A DNA stretch of 64,000 nucleotides, taken from NCBI GenBank assembly GCA_951406725.2, contig OX597815.1, positions 36,518,001 to 36,582,000 of the forward strand, read 5' to 3'. The number at the start of each line of letters is the position of its first letter. Within the stretch, counting starts at the first letter, position 1. Positions 53,299 to 64,000 of the stretch are shown here, piece after piece. Origin of the DNA: Octopus vulgaris (Eukaryota). The notes beneath the pieces were generated by a model. The model ran no database searches, was not told the origin of the DNA, and was given only the letters and a program-made list of their open reading frames with translations. The position numbers and the translations under genes are program-made.

Positions 53299-53745
53299 CT
53301 GGATGCCCTTTCTATCACCAACTATTCTACAGAGTGTGCTGGGTGAATTTTTCATGGCATAAGTGCTTGAGAAATTGATAAGTCCTCCATAAGACAAGAT
53401 TCAAAGGACTTCTCAACCTGACTTTTCCTTTACTCACTTGTCAATCACTCTTGTGGGTACATCAGTGGGGGAGCCTTTTGCCATGGCGCTGTTAGCTTAG
53501 AAGATACTCAATACCCCAAAACATATGATTTCAAACAGGTAATGTGATTGAAGAGAGAAATAAGAGTGAGAGTGATAACTGCAAAAAAAAGCCAAAATGG
53601 ATGGGTGAAAGGAACAAGATTATGATGGAACCTTGGGCCACCCTTATCTACTCTCTCATGTTCATGTTCTTTTTCCTCCACATCTTCTACCAATGTTCAT
53701 CTCCTTTAGCACTCTGTCATTCCCTTTCCTTTCTGTTGTTTCTTC

Positions 53746-54177
53746 TGTAGTGATGCTGCTGTGTAGGGTTCAGCACGCATGCGCAGAATGGGACTACTTC
53801 CGGGTGGCCACCGGAAGTCTTCCCCCATGTGCATGTGCGGGAAACTGACCCCTAAAACACCGTCCACTCACTCAGCCTCTCTGGCCCCAGCAGCCCTCGT
53901 GAACAGATGTGTATTGGCAGTCTCTGAGGACTACGCACCGACTTAGCGGCGGACCACATCGAATCACTTCGACCAACCAACAAGAAGCAGTACAACAGAT
54001 TCGGCTGTCGGTTCCCCTCAGAAATACGTACACCAGATCTACACCAACGCGAGTAATAAACAACATTTGCTGTCTTTCCCAGATAACCTGACTTCGTCTG
54101 TTATATTTAACTAAATTGAATGTGACAGGATCGGATCGGACACCCCTCCAGTGATACCGATTCCAGATCCTGTTACA
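53746..54177 (+). mobile_element. Solo LTR (432 bp) with 4-bp TSD
   Basis: CTTC|TGTAG ... TTACA|CTTC, with AATAAA at 54055-54060. Confidence 0.85.
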
Positions 54178-54541
54178 CTTCCATACTCTCCCCACCCCTG
54201 TAGTGACAACTCTTATTCTTGCCACCACCATCCTTGCAGAACTATACATCTGTTCCTCTCATCCTATCTTTACCCATTTTTCATCACTTTCCCTAAAATT
54301 AGCAGTTTCCTTTTCTTCTATTCTCCTTTTCTTCTATAGTTATAGGCCCTACAAGTTGTGGTGCCACTGAAAAGGCACCCATACATTCTGCAAAGTGGTT
54401 AGTATTAGGAAGGGCATCCTGTCATAGAAACTATGCCAAAGCAGACATTAGAGTACTGCACTGTCATTTGACTTGTGAGATCCTGTCAAACTCTCCAATC
54501 TATTCAGTGTATGGAGAATGAATGTTAAATGATGATGATGA

Positions 54542-54583
<42 letters not shown>

Positions 54584-54800
54584 TGGCCGATGCCTGCCTT
54601 CCCTGGCACCTGTGCCGGTGGCACGTAAAAAGCACCCACTACACTCATGGAGTGGTTGGTGTTAGGAAGAGCATCCAGCTGTAGAAACACTGCCAGATCA
54701 GGCTGGAGCCTGGTGCAGCCTCCTGGCTTCCCAGACCCCGGTCGAACCATCCAACCCATGCTAGCTCGGAAAACGAACATTAAACGATGATGATGATATA

Positions 54801-55164
54801 TATATCAAAGTATCATTAGAGACAGAAATCCCCATAAATTCATCAAATCAGAATATAAATTCAACCATGTCATAAAATATTATATTTTATACTTACTTTC
54901 ATGTTCAAAATTGTCGGCTACACGTGTTTCATGAGGTTGTATACTATGTTCTTGAGACAGCCTGTCTCTTACAGAACCTCCCCTTATATACAACCCCAAT
55001 CTTCAGGTCCACCTATCCCCCGTTTATAATTTTATATATCATTATTTATTTCAACTTAAAGGTATATCAAAGTATACAGATGTACATTTGTATAGTTTGA
55101 TATACCTTTATGGTTGATTTAATGAATTTATGGGGATTTCTGTCCCTAATGATACTTTGATATA
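54801..55164. repeat. Nested inverted repeats in a Penelope-like insert
   Basis: Arms 54801-54850 and 55115-55164. Inner hairpin 55057-55110. Decayed hammerhead at 54915-54964 (minus). Confidence 0.8.
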
Positions 55165-55719
55165 AATATATATGTATTTATTTATTGAGAATAATTCAAC
55201 TTAATATTCTTAACTTGAATATATCATCCCTGTGATGCCGGTATTGATATTCCCTTATTATTATAAAAAGCACATTTGCAGAAATAAGTTTCATTACACC
55301 AGTGTAGAGGGCCATGAAGCAGCCCGATAGTGGGGCCGAAAGCCTCAAAGGTGCCCTTCACAGGAGCTAGCCCGAATGCTGCCCAAAGGGTGGCTGCAAG
55401 GCTAGTAAAAGAAAATTGAGGAGTATTTTTTCATGGACAGTTGTATGTAACACTTTCTATAGCATGTTCACTTCCTGACATAAAGATAGAAATATAAGAT
55501 AACAACGCTCAAGGTTGAAGAGATGATTAAAATTATTCTCTCCTACAATGACACATTCAGTACAACATATGTGAATTTTATGACCACCTCTAGAATTAAA
55601 CGCTTAAAAAATTATGAATTTCATTTTTAAACTAGTTTCATTAATAATGTTTATTCTTGGTGTATAACATCAGCTTGTGAAATTAGACATGTGTATATGT
55701 TCATATATATATATAGGAG

Positions 55720-56055
55720 GAGGAGACCCCCTTTGGTCATGAATGACCATGGAATTGCACTTAGAAAGTTACTCTCCGAGGCACAAGTCAGGGCAAGATT
55801 GTTTGTGGAAAGCTAGCAGTCGCCTGTGCATACCAGCCACCCCTCTCCACACCACTGATGTTATCCAAGGGAAAGGCAATGGCTGATACAGCTTGGTATC
55901 AGTGATGTCGCAACTCATTTCTACAGATGAGATAACTGGAGCAATGTGAAATAAACTGTCTTGCTCAAGAACACAACACACAGCTCGGTCCAGGAATCAA
56001 ACTCACAAACTCACGATCGTAAGCTCTACGCTCTAACCACTAAGCCATGCGTCTT
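55720..56055 (-). mobile_element. tRNA-headed SINE (same family as 26993)
   Basis: Reverse-complement match to the 26993 element. Confidence 0.85.
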
Positions 56056-56074
56056 CACACACACATATATCTTT

Positions 56075-56675
56075 CATAAATACCTTTCACCTGTGCTGCC
56101 TACGGAAAATCCTTGGCATCAAATGGCAGAATCATGTCCCCAACAAAGATGTCCTCAAGCAAGCAGGAATACCAAGCATGTTTGCACTCTTCACACAAAG
56201 ACGTATGAGATGGCTTGGACATGTTAGCTGTATGGAAAATGGCAGAATCTCCAAGGACATACTCTACGGAGAGCTTGCTAAGGGCACTAGGTCTGTGGGA
56301 AGACCATTCTTACGATACAAGGATGTTTGCAAAAGGGACATGAAGGCCTACGGCATTAATATTAGCAACTGCGAAGCAGTTGCCAGCAACCGTGGAGCTT
56401 GGCGACGTACCGTAAAAGAGGGAACACAAAAGAGTGACATAGAGAGAGAGGAGAAATGGAAAAACAAGAAAAGACGTTAACAAGAAACTATGACATTACA
56501 ACCAGCCAGGCAAAGTCTTCGCTACATTTGCGGCACCTGCCAGAGGGAGCATTTGTCCAGGATAAGACTACACAGCCACAGCTGGAAATGTATCAGGACA
56601 TGAAATGTAAAAGCTGGACTAGATTATTTTATGCGCAACTCCATTGTCTCCCGAGACAAAAAGGATGTCAACAAC
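56075..56675 (+). mobile_element. RTE (BovB-like) LINE 3' end
   Basis: RRMRWLGHVSCMENGRISKDILYGEL...GRPFLRYKDVCKRDMK. Confidence 0.9.
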
Positions 56676-56678
56676 AAT

Positions 56679-56721
<43 letters not shown>

Positions 56722-57251
56722 ATGTGGTCCAGTCCCACTGCATGGTTCAGTATTACAGCTTAGTTCAGTCCCATTGTGTGGCATCTTGGGCAAGTGTCAT
56801 CTACTATAGCCTAGACTGATCAAAGCTTTGTGATTGGATTTGGCAGACAGACACTAAAAGAAGCCTGTCATATATATATATGTCACTTGAGTGTTTGTTG
56901 CATTGTTGTTGGTCTACTGTGGTAGCTGGTTGAGTTGATGAATAAAAATATGTTTCTTAGGCTGCATATAGAAGTATCTAAACAATACCTGTGAACGTTT
57001 AATAGGAGGTTTTATTACCACACATAAAAGCAAACTGCATTGGTCTTTTACAGATAACAACAGCAACAATTACAATTGGGAGAGAGTTACTATTTGAAGT
57101 TTACTGCAAGCTATTGATATGACAATATGTAGCTTGCCCAACACAACTGGAAACAATTGTGCTATATCCATGGTGATAGAGCTTCTTGTCATCTATCAGC
57201 ATCATCTATCAGCACTATCTGTCTTAGCCACCTTCTAGCTGATGATGATAA

Positions 57252-57286
<35 letters not shown>

Positions 57287-57580
57287 TGTCACCAACGTTG
57301 CCTTACTGGCACCTGTGCTGGTGGCATGTGTAAAAGGATTTGAGCGAGGTTGTTGCCAGTACTGCCTGACTCCCCCCACCCCCCGTGCCAGTGGCATGTA
57401 AAAAGCACCAACTACATTCTCGGAGTGGTTGGCGTTAGGAAGGGCATCCAGCTGTAGAAACTCTGCCAAATCAAGATTGGAGCCTGGTTCAGCCATCTGG
57501 TTTGCCAGCTCTCAGTCAAAATCGTCCAACCCATGCTAGCATGGAAAGCAGACATTAAACAATGATGAACAAACATATAT

Positions 57581-57988
57581 GAGGTGGAAGAGAGGCTGTG
57601 TGATAAGAAGTGTGCTTCCCAACCCCATGGTTCCAGGTTCAGTTCCACTGTGTGGCACCTTGGACAAGTGTCTTCTATTATAACCTTGGGTCAACCAAAA
57701 CCTTGTGAGTGGATGTGGTGGACAGAAACTGAAAGGAGCCCGTCATATATATATATATATATATATACATGTGTCTTTGTGTCCATGTTCCCCCCCACCC
57801 TCTGCTTGACAACTGGTATTGGTGTGTTTACATCCCTGTAACTTAGCAGTTCAGCAAAAGATGCTCATAGAATAAGAACCAAATTTATAAAAAAAGGTAT
57901 TGGGGTTGATTCATTCAGCTAAAATTCTTCAAGGTGGTGCCCCAGCATGACCGCAGTTTAATGACTGAAACAAATAACAGATAAAAGA
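57581..57988 (+). mobile_element. tRNA-derived SINE (family B)
   Basis: Match to the 46726 copy. Confidence 0.8.
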
Positions 57989-58177
57989 TTTATGTATACA
58001 TATGAGAAGATGGGCTGGACAGGTTTTATTACACATCAACTGCGAACCATGAAATCATTTCATTTGTCGGGTCTTTGGAGTAACAGCATCTCTCCAGAGG
58101 TCTCGGTCTTTCATCATTGCCTACTGTGGTTAAAACAGGAATCGTTCTGCAGAGCAGGCTGATTAATACTAATTCAC

Positions 58178-58219
58178 CACTTTGTTACCAGCTCATCAGG
58201 AGTTTTTACTTTAAATATT
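58178..58219 (-). CDS. Candidate exon (IFKVKTPDELVTK)
   Basis: Acceptor gttttctgtAG. Two possible donors (GTAACA at 58188, GTGAAT at 58177). Confidence 0.3.
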
Positions 58220-59559
58220 CTACAGAAAACGTAATTAACACATACTTATGAAAAAATGTGATGAAAAACAGTCATCTGCTTTTGCTCATTTTCATGTTAG
58301 TGTCTTCACAAAATGCTACTGATTTTTAATGTTTTAGGAAAATATATGGTGTTGAGTTGCTGGCCACTACTCAAGTTTCATACTCTGTGCTCTTTTAGGT
58401 CAAAAATTATAAAGTGTGAAACTTGAGTAGTATCCAACAATATCAGATCAAATATATGATATAAGAAAATATAATAAAAATCAAAATATTAGATCAAAAT
58501 GAACATAAAATATACACTAGATATGTAGATGTTATATTTTTAATTGTAAAAATTAAAAAAGAACCTTGTAAAATTTGATATCCTAAACAATAATACAACT
58601 CCATTTGTAGGTGTAAACATTCAGATTAAAAGCAAGAGAAACATTGTGCCATTTTACATAAAAGACACAAATAAATTTGTATACCATCTGGAGATAGGGT
58701 ATGCTCACATGTCTACAAAATATCAGTGGTAAAATCACAAATTAGAAGACCATGTTGATTCTCTTTCACAAATAAAATAATTGATAGAAATGCACAGAAT
58801 TAAACAAACGATAATTAACAGCAACGACTCATACAAACTAGTATACTAAGCTTAGCAGTTGGTACTAGATATATATTACAAAAATAATAAGATTAAAAAA
58901 GTACTTCTATATCGATAATATGCTGTGGACAAACTTAAATTGACCAATGTAATTTATAAATCTGATAGTAAAAGTGAAAGTTGTAATCTTTACAATTCCT
59001 TACAAATACAACATTCTTTCATAGATTCACCATTCATGTAAAACATGGAGAAATTGCAACTCTTTACACTACATACCATAACATAAAGTCAGATAGGAAA
59101 ACAAGAGAATATTTCCGAAACTTATAGAATTCCCCACTTAAATAGAAAACCAATTAAGGAAGCAAAACTAATATCATAACAAAGCTACAATTAAGAAACA
59201 ACAGCACATGTCATAACAGCAAATTCAATGACGTAGAACATCAACACTTTAACAGTCAAATTTTGGTGAAAAAAATCTGTGTAAATATAAAGTATCCACT
59301 ATAAATAATAAAAAAAAAGGTGGTACAAAAGCCAAAACGACTTGAGATCCTGAAAATGAGGCTGAGATAGCCTGGAAATGAGGATAAAGACGAATTTAAG
59401 AATATTATTGTTTCAAGTGAATGATAACAGTCTGGTACACAGATACAAGACATTAATAAAAAAGATCAAATTGGAGCCCAGTCATGTTTTCAATACATGG
59501 TTAAAAGACAAGCTGTTCCCCATATATTTACACAGACACAACAGAAGTAAATAGACACC

Positions 59560-60720
59560 CTTATGATCATTAAAATTTATTTTAATCTGAAATTCTACGT
59601 TCAAATTATTTATTAATTGTTATAACGTGAATATTTAATATTTAGTAGACATGCCCTTTGCATTTTCCAATGCCTGGACCCTATTAGGCATATTACTGAT
59701 CAGATGACAAATATTCTCTTGAGGAATTTTTTGTCAAGTTTCATGCAGTAATCTCAAAAGATCTGGCTTTGAAGATGCTTTCTTGTTCTTTTTATTACAT
59801 ATCCTGTCCATTATGTCCCAGAGGTGTTCAATAGGGTTCATATCTGGTGACTGGTTTGGCCATGAAAGCTTTTTAACCCCATTCTCATCCAACAAATCTT
59901 TGGTCATTTTAGCTGGGAGACAAGGAACCCCATCTTTCATAAATAGTCTTCTGTAATCATTTCACCATCGGAGAAGATTGGAAGGAGTCCTTTCTGCAAT
60001 ATGGACACATATTTATCTGAGTTTATGTTTCCCTCACACTCCACCTGCTCTGATCAACCATTGTTCCAAATTTCTCCCCAGACAATTACAGAATAGTTGC
60101 CATGTTTCATTGTTGGCTGCAATCTTTTCTCATCAAATTCTTGATTACAATGGCTTCAGACCCACACTCAACCACTGTCAGGAAATACGGCAAATCTAGA
60201 CTCATCAGAGAATATAACAGTGTCCCAGAATGCTAGTGGTCTCTCCACCATCTTACTGGCCCAATCTTTTCTCTGCTTGATGCTGGCTGATCAAAAAAGT
60301 GTCTTCCTTCTTGCTGCTCTGCCATAGTTTGTAGAGATACCTGACAGTTGTTCTGGGATTGACATCAACTCGATCTGCTATATCAGAGGCCTTGAAATGA
60401 GGATTATCCTCCACACTTCTCTTAGCAAAGAGAAGGGTCCTGTCAGAGGGCTCTGGTTGATCTGGGTGAGGTGATGTGGACTCTTTCCCCTCTCTGGTGA
60501 ATTGCACAATCACTATTAACTGTAGAAATTGGGATCCCAAGGTTTTCTGAAATTTTAAGCTAACTATGTCCACCTTCAGAATGACCCATAATACAGCCTC
60601 TTTGAAATTCAGACAGTCCTAAGGCTTTTGTACATAGCATGATTAAACAGTCACGTATAGAACCTGAAACATAAAAATGTCAATTGATAAAAATTATAAA
60701 CCTTTATAAGTTAGAATAAA
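59560..60720 (-). mobile_element. Decayed Tc1 transposase remnant
   Basis: WDTVIFSDESRF and WPNQSPDMNPIEHLW motifs, with frameshifts. Confidence 0.9.
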
Positions 60721-60723
60721 ACG

Positions 60724-60760
<37 letters not shown>

Positions 60761-60761
<1 letters not shown>

Positions 60762-61855
60762 TAGCTGGTTTACCCGGTAATTCCCGGGGGTAAAGATATT
60801 CTGTTGAAATGCCTTATTACTCTTATATTAGAAAGCAATTTCATTATAACTGCCACAGAAGGTCTATTTTCCATCACGAAAAGTACAAAAAAACTGTCAG
60901 CTGGAAGATGGAGAGATTGTTGGAGGTTGGCGAGAGGCAAAGACATTATTCTGCTTAGCGAAGGCATCTGGGAAATGTATAACTGCTGTCATTCACAGAA
61001 AAACTATTGTTCTACCATGAGAAAAAATGTTGAAGTGTTAAGTGAAATTTGGCAATCGAAGATCAAATCCATGCTATGTCTGCGTGAATCCACTACAAAT
61101 ACGTTACGGAATAAAAAATTTATCTACTGTCATGGAAAAAGTGTAACTGTAAAAATGCAGAATTAACGGAGTAATGGGCATTCAAAAAAATATGTATGTA
61201 TAGAAACGTATGAATGAAGGCTTTAATGTTTAAGATTCAAATTAAGGAAGTGCATTAATAATGTTTAGCAGTTCAAATCTGTGAGTAGTGAAATGCAGAA
61301 TTAGGTTGGCTGATCGTGAGAATCAAATATTGATTGCTTCACTAAAATCCGCAGGTGGTATGGGTAATTTTCCTTGGATTATTTAAATAAAATATTAGTA
61401 ATATGTAGTAGATAGAAGGATGCATTGGAAGGGGCCTATTATCGATTTTTTTTCAATAATCTACATATGTCATGAGGTTTCCAGACATGAGTTCAACTCA
61501 CGTGTCAAATAAAGTTTAAAAGTGATATTGTCTGCAAAAATTAGAAATAGGACACACAAAAAATCAATATTCAAAGTAATTGAATATAAACAATAAAATG
61601 GGCTATTTCCCTTGAGTGTTTAAAAAAAAATATTGTACAGATGCTATGGGTTATTTCCTTTGAGGTAGATATAAAGGTCCTTTCCAGGGGCCGTATTTTC
61701 GATTTTTTCAACAATGTAAGTATGTCACGAGATTTCCAGACATGAGTTCTACTCATGTGTTAAGTTTCATCAAAATCAATAAAATGATGTAGGAGGAGTT
61801 AGCTAACAATGCCACAAACAAACACACACCGATTTTCCACATATGTAGTATATAT
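60761..61855 (-). mobile_element. Non-autonomous Helitron
   Basis: Minus-strand 3' hairpin cccgg-gaatta-ccggg then CTAG|T. The 5' region resembles the 8136 element (gattttgatgaaactt). Internal duplication at ~61400-61770. Confidence 0.7.
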
Positions 61856-61891
61856 ATGTGTGTGTGTGTGTGTGTATGTATACACATACAT

Positions 61892-61922
<31 letters not shown>

Positions 61923-61930
61923 AACACAAG

Positions 61931-61971
<41 letters not shown>

Positions 61972-62279
61972 CTGACATATCTGTGTGCTTGTTTAAGCCT
62001 ATAGTGACTATTGTTGATAATTTTCTAAGCTTCACATGCTCCACCTTATGGAAAACACAAAACTGAAAGCTAATATAAACAACATGATTGTATGCAAACA
62101 ATTGTAAGATCTGATGTTCATTTCAGAATTACTGTATTGACAATAATCTATGTGGATTCTTTTATTTTTTTCTTACTGGTTTCAGTTGTTTGACACTGTG
62201 TGACCATGCTGGAGCACCATCTTCAAGGGTTTAATAGCACAGCTTATTTCAGTCTGGTATTTATTGCCAAACTGAAACA

Positions 62280-62291
62280 CACACATGCACG

Positions 62292-62382
<91 letters not shown>

Positions 62383-62391
62383 GCGCGCGCA

Positions 62392-62424
<33 letters not shown>

Positions 62425-62445
62425 TACACACACACACATACACAC
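62280..62445. repeat. (CA)n/(CG)n microsatellite inside a family B SINE
   Basis: Directly visible. Confidence 0.95.
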
Positions 62446-63004
62446 AAGGCTTCTGAACAGTTTCCATCTATCGAATTCTACTTTTGGGGGTTTGATCTGC
62501 AAGTGATGATTGTACCTGTAGCCTTTGTGGCTTCCAAAATCATTGATATTGACAAAGTCTGCATGTTGATAGTTGAAAGATGGAAATGTGAAAGAGCCAA
62601 CATTTTGGGAAAGTAAAATTGGATGAAGTGGCAAGTGTGAGCCTTGAATGAAAACACAATATGTGTGATAAGAAGACACAATATGTGTGAGTTGGGAATG
62701 CCTGAATGGAAAAAGCACAAGACCAACTAGTTCCAAAATGCAGAGGCCTTTGTGGTAGGGATAGAAAAATTAGAGTGAGAAGACAGAAAGTTTGTGAACC
62801 AGAAGTTGGAGGTATGTTGGTATGTGACTTCATGTCATTTGTTTTAAAGATATAGTCTAGAACAGAGCTGGCCAACCTGTGGCCTGTGGGCTGCATGCAT
62901 CCCACAGACTTTTCTCTTGCAGCCCACTTGATACTTTCTTGAAATAGGTTTATTTAAACAAACATTTAAAAAAATTTATCAAAAATTGAAGATTGCAATG
63001 ATTG

Positions 63005-63400
63005 GCACTCGAGCCCCGTGCTAGTAGGGTGTAAAGAGCACCATCCAAGCATGATTGTTGCCAGAGCAGCTATCTGGCCTCCGTGCCAGTGGCACGTAAA
63101 AGACACCATTCGAGTGTGATCATTACCAGCATCGCCTTACTGGCACCTGTGCTGGTGGCATGTATAAAAGATTTGAACGAGGTCATTGCTAGTACCGCCT
63201 GACTGTCCCCATGCCGGTGGCACGTAAAAGCACCCACTACACTCTTGGAGTGGTTTGCGTTAGGAAGGGCATCCAGCTGTAGAAACTCTGCCAGATCAAG
63301 ATTGAAGCCTGGTGCAGCCATCTGGTTCGCCAGCCCTCAGTCAAATCGTCCAACCCATGCTAGCATGGAAAGCGGATGTTAAACGATGATGATGATGATG
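63005..63400 (+). mobile_element. Family A short retroelement with tandem 5' modules
   Basis: Repeated gtggcacgtaaaag modules and a (GAT)n tail. Similar copies at 54585-54798 and 57285-57565. Confidence 0.85.
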
Positions 63401-64000
63401 AATTTCATGTTGAATCAAAGATCATTCATTCATTATTGTAATAATAGCATGAGAAAGCAGAATACTTTCAATTCTGTCAGTATACAAGCATTCCTCAAAA
63501 AACTTTCTGTGATTAAATTGGCCTACGATATAATTCAAGTTGGTTAGGCCTGGTCTAGGATGTTCCTTTTGGTAATTCAATAAGTTTCAACACTTAAGTG
63601 TTCAGAATAAACTGTCAAACTTTTGCTTTTAAGTCTAGGTTGGAATGTCTTTGATGATAGATTTACTGACTCATGACAGACTTTGGGCTGAACATCATAA
63701 ATATCACCTTTAATTATAGCTTGCAAGAAAGGCTATTAGTGTTAGAATCAGTGGAGCATCATTCAAAATGTCTGGTAGATTTTTTTGCTATGTACATTCA
63801 CATTCTGAGTTTGAATCCCATCATGGTAAACTTTGCCTTTCCAGGAGAAGAAAGGTGTTTGACCAAAATTTAATCAACTATATCCCAAAATGTGTGACTT
63901 TGTAGTACTGAAATTAGAAATCATGAAATGAAAAAACAAATATTTTTAAATATCAAATAAACAGTTTTTCCAAAGAATGAAATTCAAAAACAAACTTTGT

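Noticed and set aside
58170-58205. CTGATGA on the minus strand as a hammerhead core
   Set aside because: No GAAA or supporting stems.

Overview
AT-rich, microsatellite-dense eukaryotic genomic DNA. The SINE families, RTE/CR1/R4 LINE fragments and Penelope-like pieces strongly suggest a cephalopod (Octopus-like) genome; this is inference, not a database match. No intact long ORF is present. Most of the window is intron-like sequence filled with decayed mobile elements: mariner/Tc1 remnants, piggyBac/hAT/Tigger-type MITEs, non-autonomous Helitrons, a solo LTR, a 5'-truncated LTR retrotransposon held between long TIRs, and many SINEs. A chain of short, well-bounded minus-strand exon candidates suggests a large unidentified gene or a spliced non-coding/UTR transcript crossing the window. 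The most notable signal is a set of type I hammerhead-ribozyme motifs in Penelope-like inserts, many in (TA)n tracts. One (30403-30506, minus) has a fully canonical core, and two lie in the arms of a ~880-bp near-perfect palindrome. Several other long inverted repeats could form intronic dsRNA. Many repeat boundaries are approximate.
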